Shown here piece by piece: positions 53,205-64,000 of a stretch of DNA of 64,000 nt. Made by a program: the position numbers and the translations under genes. The stretch is from Hormiphora californensis. Its lineage: Eukaryota; Animalia; Ctenophora. The DNA lies in the NCBI GenBank assembly GCA_020137815.1, contig CM035356.1, positions 2,604,001-2,668,000 on the forward strand, in the 5' to 3' direction. The stretch's first letter is position 1. Each line of letters opens with the position of its first letter. Below the pieces are notes generated by a model, which was not told the DNA's origin, searched no databases, and worked only from the letters and a program-made list of their open reading frames with translations.

Positions 53205-53965
53205 ACTTTAGAGAAACTTGTTTTGTTCAAACCTTTTTATTTTAGGGGAGGGTCGAACAAGGCAAAGAGAAACTGTATTATTATAGCAGTAGAGATGAAA
53301 GTGTAAAGTGTCTGTTTGGTTTGAAATGATATCTTTTGTGAATGAGTTATTTCGAATATGTATACAGCAGCTTATAATATGTGCTTTAGTTATTTTCACC
53401 CCTCAAAAAACTTCTGTTCAGTCGTCAGACGAGTTCCGTACGGTAACGAGCCCAATTTTTGGCTGTGTACACAACACATGTTTGTATGGCGCAAGGCCAA
53501 ACAACCTACCTCCCTCGCGCGAGTCATCGTGATGGCACTAACGCGCACTCCTCTGAGTCACGTGACTAAAATCCGGAACTATGATTGGCTGGAACGTCCA
53601 TAGATTGTGTGTGATTGGCTACGAAGGAGTGAGTGTGCGATCAGCGGGATTTCAGTGTGTATGATATTTTGTCATCATTCGTGCTCTGCACCGACAGCCC
53701 CTGCTATAATTCTACCTCCTTCGTCGAGGCAGCTGTGCCTCCAATGGGTATGTGCGCTCTTCAAAATAAAACAGAGGTCTCACAAAACGTCTCGAAATAA
53801 ATAGTTAAACTGAAAACATGCACAAAACTCTTCCAAATCAGTTTTATATTCATAAGCTCCGTTAACACAATTCAAACACTCGATTGTCTCTCCTCGTTCA
53901 GCAAGATCCCTTTCTATGTATATTATAGTTTCTGCCGCTATTCCAAGGTCAATTTGCCAGTATGT

Positions 53966-56900
53966 TTATCGTTTCGACTGACTAACTAGGGTTAGCAAAT
54001 TCTCAAAGTCTTCTCCCCTCGGTATCCCTATCTGCTCCAACTGAAATCACAATGGGTTAGTTGCAATATTACAAGAGACCCCACAGTTCTATAAAAGTCT
54101 ATATAGGGTCCTCCAGATTTATATACTATCCAAAAGATCCTTCTTCACTAACCCATTATGTCGCCTGACAGTCTGACACTGTGTCCGCACTTCGTTCATA
54201 AACAATTCAAACACTCACCTTTGTGCCCAGAGCAGTAACATCCAACTTTAGTTGAGTTCGGATCTTATCCTCGTCTGTATTAGCAGTTGATCCCTGTTGA
54301 GAGGCACCCTTCCGACCTCTCTTCAGCATTGCCAAACTGTCTTCTGTCTTGCGGAGGGAAACTAGGATCTCTGATATCGCCCCGTGGTACCTGGAGAGAT
54401 TTGGCGAATGTAAGTATCGATCACTTTCAGCGACACAGGTTTCAAGTAAACAGAACTCGAAATACTATAACGTCATTCTGTTATAGTTTAACAGAATGAG
54501 GTTCAATGTTGATGGTCGATTTACCACGAGAGAATGAGGTTCATGATAATCGTTAATTAGTTTTCAACAGAAAAACATTTAAACTAGAGTCTACACCGTA
54601 CTAGACGTGTACTGACCTGACTACGACAGTGGTAGCTACTTTACTGCACCACTCTGCTTTGTACGGGTCAGGGAGACAGGAGTTATGTATCTCTGTTTCC
54701 AAACACTCTGTCAGCCCAGATACGTAACCAAGCGGCTCAGTTGGGGTCTGAAATGGGAATTAAATGTCATGGTGCTGCTCAGTGGCTAATGAGGCTATAC
54801 TACAGCAGTATGTACTAGCCAACCAGATATTACATGTAATAATGTAATGATGATTAGAATGTGATTGAAAGTGTGACTCTCATTAATTACTGGGATGGTT
54901 TCACTGCCAGGAATCACGCTACCCCTCCTAACAGTGTTATCACACACACCACCATGGTATTAGTTACAACTAGGTATTAGTAATATATCTCTGTGTGGAG
55001 GTGTGTGATTTGATTTCCTGATGTTCCTGATCCTTCTCATCTCTCTGGTCCAAACAACACTTGGTAATTTAGTTGTCTCATAAGACTGTCCTGTCCGCAC
55101 TGGGCCGATGACTGACTGACATCGGCTCTGAATACAAGTCTCCAGACAGACCCACAATTACACCCGACCAGACGCCGACGGAGTCATAGTAGTCCCTTCT
55201 ACTACCGCACAGCTGCTACTCGATAGCATTGCTCCCGGACGACTCAGCGATCCAAACCAAACCAAACCAAACTGGGCCGAAGGCTCGGCGCAGCTGCGTG
55301 AGGCTGCGAGATGTTACAGTCAGTATCTGACAATAATTTGCTTGTTATTTAAACCCGCCATATCAATCCTAACATGCACTCTCTCTAGGATCTGTTAACG
55401 ATACCAACTCAACATCCCCTGCAGGGGGATCTCCAGTACAGTTTGTGATCTGGAATACCACTCACACCCCCAGCTGGGAAGGTGTCCTCCTCACCAACAT
55501 CTCCCATGGCAACACCTCCCATCACCATGGCAACACATCTCGTCACCATGGTAACACCTCCCGTCATGACGTCACATATCACCTTGGTAACGTGTGTCGT
55601 TACGATGGCAGCCCTGACATGACAACAGCTCACTGTCTCTGTCGACACCTCGCCTTCCACGGAGCGTCCACAGTGGAGAACAAGAGGACTGACCGGGGTA
55701 GATTCTCCAACCTCCTTCCCACAGCAGTAACTTCAGTAACATGTGACCAAGGAGGGAGAGTTTTGGTAACCAAGGGAACAGCATGCAAGAGTAGCTACTT
55801 TTACACGTGGATAGGGTGCACGTGCAGTGAGGGGTGGTTTGTTACAGAGGGAGGGTGTGAGAGGTGTCCCCCTATGACATCATCACCACCTGACAGAACA
55901 AGGTGCATCTGTAGGCCTGGTAAGAAATACAGAACTAGATTTTCGAATGAAAAACAGGGGGTAACACATTTTCCTTGCTTGAATCTCTCTCCCTCACCCT
56001 TGTAAAGGGAGGGCCCATAATTTCATTCCAACTTCATTTTCCCCTGGATGTGTATTGTATCTTGCAGGTACCCGGTGGTCAGCCTCTCTCAACACGTGCC
56101 AAGAATGTCCAGCTAATACCCGTGGAAATGGCACCCATTGCATCCCCTGCCCACTCCACTCCTCCTCCCCTCCCTCCTCCCCCTCTTGCACGTGCAACCC
56201 AACCCACTATAGTGGAGACGGAGAGTGCCGGGAGTGCCCCCAGGGCAGTTACGGAGAGGGAGAGAGGTGTGTGGAGTGCAAGGGAGGAAGGGTGGATGGA
56301 AGGGGATGTGATTGTGATGACGAGGGGAGGTGGTGGAATGGGGCGGAGTGTAGGGACTGTGAGGAGGGTGTATGTCAATGTAAACCAGGCCACAACACTA
56401 CATGTCAGCCATGTCCAAGGAACACCTACAGCCCCAGAGGATCACCATCGTGTACCCCCTGTCCCATCTACCACACCAGCTCTCCTGGATCATCGTCCTG
56501 TACCCCCTGCACTTTAGGGGAACACTGGAGTAACACCACCTGCCAACCCTGCCCGAAACACCAGTACGGGGATGGTAGGATATGTGGGGATTGCCCAACC
56601 GGGTTCACTGCCCACAGAGGGTTTTGTGTTGAGAAGGGGATGATGAGGGGTGATGGGGTGATGTGGGGTGTGTGGTTTGTACTGGTAGTGGTGGTGGGAG
56701 CTATTGGGTGGAGTGTTGTTAGAAGTGTAGTGTGTACCACAAGATCTTGCTACTGGTAGCGAACACTTGGACTATGAGGGTTTATAATATCTTGTAATGA
56801 TGAGCTGGGGTTTGAGCGAGTGAAGCGAACACCTGGAATGCGAGTCAAGTGGACACAGAAAATGAACACTTTAACTGAGACAGTTGTTTAATACTTGTGA

Positions 56901-59900
56901 CACATGAACAGTGAACATATATGCCTTGTTTTGGATGACTGATGAGACGCTAATGGTGACATGCATATTAGATTTGTGAGAAATATCGTGAGACTGCTTG
57001 ATTTATCCATGTATTTGATTTCCACTTTAAGCACATATCTGTTTAGTGTTTACCTCTCTGTTGGTTCGTCGGTAAAGACGTGGCACTGCCTGAGCCTGGT
57101 CGATAGCTTTACAGCACACCTCCGTCACGTGGCTAGTAACGTGATCAGCAAGGGTAGGTATACTCTCTGTGATCTCCCTGCAGGAGTCCTCTACAAGGTG
57201 GGGGTTATAACTGGGCAGGTGGGGGGACACTGTACCCTCAACTAGTCCCGGTACCTGGGAGAGAGAGAGGTGAGTTTAAATGAGCTATTCATAATCAATG
57301 TCTCCACGCTACCACTACGCACAGAGCAAAGTATGAATAATTCAGCACGTACCATGGTAACTAGGGTAGTGGTATCTAGGACAGCTCTGCACACATCAGA
57401 TAACTGTAACTCCTCTGAACTCCCCGGTAACTCCCTCAACCATACTGCGTACCGTTTTAGTAACTGAAAAGGAGATGTCTTTATATACGAGATAATATGT
57501 CTTCTTCTATTAAATAGAAAGAGTGAAATGTCCCGAGAAAGACTGTGAAATGTTCCTTCCCACTCTAATTTCAATAGGTTCATATCAACTGGTTCATATC
57601 GTCTACTACTAACCTGTATAGTAAGTTTAAAGAAGCGATGTGTGAGAGGTTTTAGTAGCACATCTTCATCCCAGCACCTTCTAATACAGACAACTAGCAT
57701 CTCAGATGTAGGAAGGAGGAATGAGCTGTTTGAGGGAGTCGGAGAGAAGGGAGTTAGTAGTTGGTGCTCCAGAGAACCAGCTATCTCTTGCAACCTGGGG
57801 GAGGTGATATTATGAGTTGGTGCTCCAGTGAACCAGCTATCTCTTGCAACCTGGGGGAGGTGATATATGTGTAGACTTCCTTCAGCTATCAGTATCTCTC
57901 AGTGACTGAAATTCTCTCAATTTACAACCAAGCAGTCACCTAAACTTTGTCCAGCTCTAACAAAAATCTACAATTGCTCCTCAGAGCTGACCATCAGGCA
58001 ACACATCACAACAACCTACCTGATTTGAAAGTATATAGGAAGACTCCACTTGCTGAGGAATGTCTTGTAGGAGGAGTGCTGCCTCAGTGCTACAACCCTC
58101 TCTCTGTACCCTGCTAATCTCTCAAACTCACCCAGAAACCATATCGTGTCTTTATAGGCCTATAGCATGGAGAAGAGATGATTAGCTAACATTTAAATAA
58201 GGAATATCAACTAGATTCGAACAATATTGCCATGATTTACACCCCTATTTGTATTGATCATACAGAGATAGAGTCTCCTACTATTACAATACCTGTTGGA
58301 AATGGCGGGGGTTTCCAGCAGCAAATATACTGGGAATATTGACACATATCTTACTAACAATAACTGGGAACACAGCATTACCCATAAACTCAAACGATCT
58401 AGGGGAGGAAGGAGGTTAGACATCGCTAAACAAAATCAGAGTTATCGAGTTTTACAATAATCACCTTAATTCGTTGTCTTTTCTTGGCGTTGTCAGGGAT
58501 AGGACAAGAGAGGTAGCGGGTGGTAGACTATCCAGTACACTCTGATATACACCTCTTAGTCCCAGCTCACTTAGTGCTGCCTTGTTTACCAGCTGTAACA
58601 GTGTTGGGAATGTGGTTCAGACTGGGTCCACGACTAAGGGGGATTGGTTCAAGGGCTCCCTCATATCAGTTGGGTATGTGGTTCAGACTGGGTTCAAGTC
58701 TCATGACTAAAAAAGGGGGGCTGGAAAGTGGAAGGGGCCAGTGCAGCCGGAGGGGGCTTGGCCCCCCGAGTTGGGCAGCGTTCGGAAATGCACTGCGTGT
58801 TAGGGCACAGGGTGCGCGGCGTATTCACATCATGCGGGTGTTCTCGCGCGCTACGTCCTAGGTTTACACCCACAATACACCACCACCACCATCGTGTTGT
58901 ATTCGATGGGGCGGTGTGTGTGTAATTATTGGTGTACACAATATGCAGATCATGTAGTCATCATGTACAATACACGTACCCTGTCAATAAGGGGAGATAT
59001 GACGGACTCTGCGTAGAGTTTCTCACTTTTATCTATCCTATCTAGAGTAGTAAAGATCCTCAGACATTGTGCAACTGAAGCCTTGTCACCTGACTCTAGA
59101 CCACTTTTAAAGGCTGTATACAGACCGCCTTCCAGATACTGGTCTATCTTTTTTATCCTCTGGAAAATGGTTACTTGTTTAGAAATTGGATTTTACAAGA
59201 GGAGTGGGGATGGGGAGAGGTTGTAATCTAAGGCAGGGGGGGGGGGGGGGCAATATCCTTATTACACTTACAGGAAACATTTCTTGTACGAATGGTAACT
59301 CCTCATATTTAGAAATATAGAAATTCAACTGGCTATACTCGCTAGCTACACGCTCAAACAAATTCCTGAGGGGGGTTAAAAAAGTTTTTCAGTGATTATT
59401 TTAGTCTTGACACAAGTAATTGGAAGGGGGTTGGGAGTTGTTAGGTTCTAACCCTCCCTTTACACAGTCTAGCCAGGCGAGTTGGGAGGGGGTTAACTTG
59501 TAAGCACGGACTTACTCCTTTGCCTCTGTGTTTTGAGAGATCAAGTTTTCAATCTTTATTATCAGCTTGTTGATATTTAGTAGACTGTATAGCACCTCCT
59601 GAGAGAGAGGTAATGGTGATTGGGTAAACTTTAAAAGAACTTATTGTGCTGGTGGTTGGCTATTGAAGTTTAAATGTTCTGACCCTTTTTTACAAGAGGC
59701 AGGGTTGAACAAGACATGGTTACGAGATGTTGATACCTGTTATGTTCTAACCTTACTTTTCATTTGTTAGACAGGGTTACTAAAATTACCTGTTTGTTTC
59801 GGATCTCAGATCGCAAGACAAGTTTCTCTGAAATTTGTTCGATCTCTGACTGAATGGAGGATCTAATTATCTCAATATCCGCTTGTATACCTAAGAGACA

Positions 59901-62511
59901 AGCTGTGTTACAAACTGTGTTATCAATACAAGGCCCTATTCTAGATAAAACATGACGTCAAGTTTTCTTAGAAGAGCACAACAAAAAGTGCCATAATCTA
60001 AATTAAACTGTTGGTGACTCAGATAATCACTGACTCGTTAGAGGTGCCCTAATCTAAATTAAACTACACTAGTATGACTCAGATAATCACTGACTTGTTG
60101 TACTAATAAATAAATAATCACTGACTTGTAAGGGGTGCCTCTAGTTTTAGTATCGTCTGATCCACTCCCACTAAGTTTGTAGAAAGGTTCACAAAATCAG
60201 CATAATCCCTGGGCGAGAGAGAGGGAGGAGTGGGGGTCAGGGAGATAACCATTGGGTTTAGAAATACATCCCAAAGGGTGGAAGATCTGGGGGAAGACCG
60301 GGGGGGTCGTCATGTTAATTTTGTTAATGTTTTGTTAACTAACAAACGACCCTTGGTGAAACATTAACAAAATTAACAAAATTAACAAAATTAACAAAAA
60401 TCGCGTTTTAGATGTTTTTAGTCGGTTTATAGCTGTTTTATGTGTTTTTAGGTGTGTTTAGGTGTTTCTATCATAAACTCACTATCTCCCATGGCAGATA
60501 TTTCATAGCTAGAATAATTGTTTGGATTTCATCAAAGGTTTTGAGGTAAGAAAAGGGTCATTATAACAAAGGAGGGGTATACGAGTAAAGAACACCAGTT
60601 TAATGTATAAATAGTGCGGTAATATGACGAAAATTTTTCGGCATAATCGTTCTAAAGCTAATTCCACTTCTAGGATACTCTATAGGGTCCCTAGAAACAA
60701 CCCCTGAAATTGTCGCAAGATCGGCGATAAAGAAATTGTATTAATTGGGCCTGATTGGTTACAGGGTGCTTTCAGCCTGAAGCCAAAACCATAAATACCC
60801 TTAAAATAGGAGTAGAGAAAAAACCGAGGGCACTAAAGTGATCAGCGTCCTCGCATTAGTGGGGGTAGGTGCTGGAATTAAGTCTCTACCTCATCTGGTT
60901 AATCAGATAATTGGATAATCAGCTCTGCGCATAGCCGTTTTTGGCCATATGGCTATAGCTATGTTAGGAAAGGAGTAGAGACAAAACCGAGGGCACTAAA
61001 ATGGTCAGCGTCCTCGCATTAGTGGGGGTAGGTGCTGGAATTAAGTCTCTATCTCATTTGGTTAATTAGTTAATTGGATAATTAGATCTGCACATAGCCG
61101 TTTTCGGCCATATGGCTGTAGCCACTTAGGAATGGTTTAGAGACATTTCACTGGTGCCATCTTGTAGACAATGGCCAATTATGGGGGGTCGACGTCGGAC
61201 TTTTAAGCTCTATCTCCAACTGTTTAGCCGTTATTTGGCTTTAAAGGTGCTCAAAATGAGCAAAAAACGGTAAAAAGCCCAATTTTGAGCAAACCAAATA
61301 ACGGCTAAACGGTTGGAGATAGAGCATAAAAGTCCGACGTCGACCACCCACAACTTGGCCATTGTCTACAAGATGGCACCCATGAAATGTCTCTAAACCA
61401 TTCCTAAGTGGCTATAGCCATATGGCCGAAAACGGCTATGTGCAGATCTAATTATCCAATTAACTAATTAACCAGATGAGATAGAGACTTAATTCCAGCA
61501 CCTACCCCCACTAATGCGAGGACGCTGATCACTTTAGTGCCCTCGGTTTTGTCTATACTCCTATTTTAAGGGTACTTATGGTTTTGGCTTAGCACCCTGT
61601 AACCAATTAGGCCCAATTAAGGCAAGTTCTTCATCGCCGATCTTGCGACAACTTCAGGGGTTGATTCTAGGGACCCTATAGAGTACCCTAGAAGTGGAAT
61701 TAGCTTTAGAACGATTATGCCGAAAAATTTTCGTCATATTACCGCACTAGTGGCGGGTCAAAAAAATTCAAAAAAAATTCACAAAAAAAATTCAAAAAAA
61801 TTTTTGGGGAAAAAATCCTGCCACTAAATCAGGGTGCCACTAAATCGGGGGCCATTAAATCGGGGTTCGACTGTATATCAGTGTTGATTGGATGGGTAGT
61901 ACGTATAATATTGTCAAAAATAACGCAAATGATCTATTAAAACGGGATTAAAAGCTTCAAAAAGACTTAAAAAAGCTTCTTTTTTTTGTTAATAATGTTA
62001 ATAATGTTAATAATGTTAATAATGTTAATAATGTTAATGTTAACATTTTAAAAATTTTCATGAAACATTAACATTAACATGACGACCCCCCCGGAAGACC
62101 CCGGTTACCTATTCATTATAAGATCTGGGGAAAGACCACTTTTACCTATTTATAAGCTCTACAAGAGAGTTTTGGATGGTACTTGAGTACTTCTCCAGAT
62201 CCTTCTTCAAACTTTCAAGAGTGAAGCTCTTCCTGTTCAGTGCTAGGAATGTGTCAACATTGAAACTGTCATCGAAGAACTCCTGAAAATATGGATTTGA
62301 AAATGAGGCGACACAAATCATCATGGGCTTGAAGATTATTTGAAGAAAGGTTGAATGAGGTTTGAAGGGTATTTGACAAGAACAGAGCTACAAATTGAAC
62401 TTGTCAAGTCTCAATTAGAATGAGTATTAAATTTGAAAATACCTCTGGTCTAAAACAGACAGGACGCTCTCGTTTCAAGGAGGATAATATTATTTGGGTG
62501 GTGTCAGTCAT
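53966..62511 (-). CDS. COG2: Conserved oligomeric Golgi complex subunit 2, multi-exon
   Basis: MTDTT..PVCFRPE|EFFDDSFNVDTF..LVELINR|DYADFVNLSTNLVG (~60140-60208), FERVASEYSQLNF, IFAAGNP, KWSLPIYFQIR, LTHRFFKLTIQ, VPRLYRRTNRE, DEDKIRTQLKLDV; stop at 53966. Confidence 0.93.
55021..56759 (+). CDS. Type-I membrane protein: signal peptide, SRCR-like domain, GCC2/GCC3 (ephrin-receptor-like) Cys-rich repeats, TM; nested antisense in a COG2 intron
   Basis: Exons 55021-55063 (MFLILLISLVQTTLG), 55425-55919 (EGVLL..GNVC..AHCLCRHLAF..VTC..IGC) and 56068-56759 (CQECPANT, CQPCPRNTYS, TM GVWFVLVVVVGAIGW). Intron phases match. Confidence 0.78.
60300..62092. mobile_element. Non-autonomous DNA transposon with G7/C7 termini and an 8-bp target duplication, in a COG2 intron
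   Basis: GGAAGACC|GGGGGGGTCGTCATGTTAAT ... ATTAACATGACGACCCCCCC|GGAAGACC with TGTTAA repeats near both ends. Confidence 0.85.
60612..61749. mobile_element. Nested 1.1-kb foldback element with TAG..CTA termini
   Basis: TAGTGCGGTAATATGACGAAAATTTTTCGG ... CCGAAAAATTTTCGTCATATTACCGCACTA. Internal modules are shared with 11578-15061. Confidence 0.8.
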
Positions 62512-62827
62512 CTTGGTCACATTTTACACGGCATGGGGAATAACTGGCTTAGAAAAGATGTGGTTTTTAATTCAATACAAATCTGTAGGTAGAAGAGGGA
62601 CGAGAAACACCAACGGTTAGTTATTGAAACTTTATGCGAAAATGAAAATTAGCAAATCATACTACACAGAAAAATGTACAAAGAAATAGAGTAACGCTAT
62701 TATAAACCGGGATTTAACTTTCTTGACCTATCAGTCATGTGATAAGAAGTGAACAATAATTAGCAGACACACGCACTGATTTTCTAATCAGAACATCACA
62801 ACTCCCCATGAGTAAAACAATCATATA

Positions 62828-64000
62828 CAGGGTGTCCCATATATTCTCCGGGTCGGTTGGCGAGCTGTCACGCAAAAACGGTGATAGTTGTGTGAAAACA
62901 AACTGCGGGAGTGTGCTGGATTAATTCCTTCCTAACTGATGGCTTTGTTTTAAAATTAAATTTCAAAAGTTCATTTTTCATGAATGAACATTGTTGCCGT
63001 TCATTCATGAATTCTGAAATATTGTTTACCTTGAGTAAGTAACTTTTCTTTGGCTCGCAATTATCTTTCCATTGAGCACCATAAAACTCAAATTGAAGCA
63101 CCAGGTCACATGACAGTTGAGAAAATGAACATGCATGATTTTGGCTCTTTTTGCGACTTTCAATCGGCTGTATCACCGCTACCTTACCTTCAATCTTTTT
63201 GAAACTTTGGGTGAACATTGGATAAGCAAAGATCTTTGCTCACAAGAAAAATCAAGGTCAAAACTCAAAGTTCATTTTTAAGTTTTGGTAGTTCATTCCA
63301 CTCATTCAGGAACCAACAACCCTAAAGTGATGGAAAAGTGTTGGATTTTGTTTGGCCAATGTCCTGCAATGACAGAGAGGTGTAGTAACGTGTTTCCGGG
63401 CTAGTTAGTGGGTGTCCATGTGATCTTGGTGATACCTGACACCTTCACTGAGCAATAATCAAGGGATTTTCACGAATTTAAGCATGTGATTTGGGTTTTC
63501 TGCGATTGGTATCGTGCAGCAATGTTAAGAGATCTCATAGCCCTCGAAAATGATGGTTAGTTCAATGAAATGAGTTGATTTATGATCGAAAATGGTCGTT
63601 GAGTTCAATTTGGCATCGGTTTTAATCTTATTGATCATAAACCAACTCAATTTATTGAACTTATCATCATTTTTGAGGTGCTATGTGATCTCTCAAGATT
63701 GCTGCACGATACCAATCGCAGTAGACCCGAATCACATGCTTGAATTCGAGAAAATCCCTTGATTATTGCTCAGTGAAGGTGTCAGGTATCACCAAGATCA
63801 CATGGACACCCACTAACTAGCCCGGAAACACGTAACTACACCTCTCTGTCATTGCAGGACATTGGCCAAACAAAATCCAACACTTTTCCATCACTTTAGG
63901 GTTGTTGGTTCCTGAATGAGTGGAATGAACTACCAAAACTTAAAAATGAACTTTGAGTTTTGACCTTGATTTTTCTTGTGAGCAAAGATCTTTGCTTATC
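62828..64000. mobile_element. Long foldback element, probably Tc1/mariner-derived, truncated by the window end
   Basis: 63221 onward mirrors the window end (centre ~63610). The likely left terminus is TA|CAGGGTGTCCC at 62828, predicting a right end near 64390. Confidence 0.75.

Overview
Eukaryotic (animal) genomic DNA with GT-AG introns, abundant (AG)n/(TA)n microsatellites and many inverted-repeat transposons. The gene content suggests a ctenophore (an inference, not proven). The main result is a 16-exon, ~666-aa type-I membrane protein on the minus strand (39775-52714). It aligns motif by motif with the nematode cell-cell fusogens EFF-1/AFF-1 (fusexins) and is nested antisense inside the last 13.5-kb intron of YIPF4. 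Other genes: an SCaMC-like four-EF-hand protein, a CHST-type sulfotransferase, an LDLa-repeat GPCR with neuropeptide-precursor-like N-terminal repeats, UROS, MED9 and LRMDA joined by a TGATG stop-start overlap, and COG2 hosting a second nested antisense gene (SRCR-like plus Cys-rich repeats plus TM). Mobile DNA includes a near full-length CR1-group LINE with a candidate -1 frameshift cassette, an ORF1-only retroelement, a 3.5-kb foldback element, a palindrome of two tRNA-like genes and several MITEs. Several reading frames need a 1-nt correction in short homopolymers, probably assembly errors. All homology calls are from recalled motifs, not database searches.
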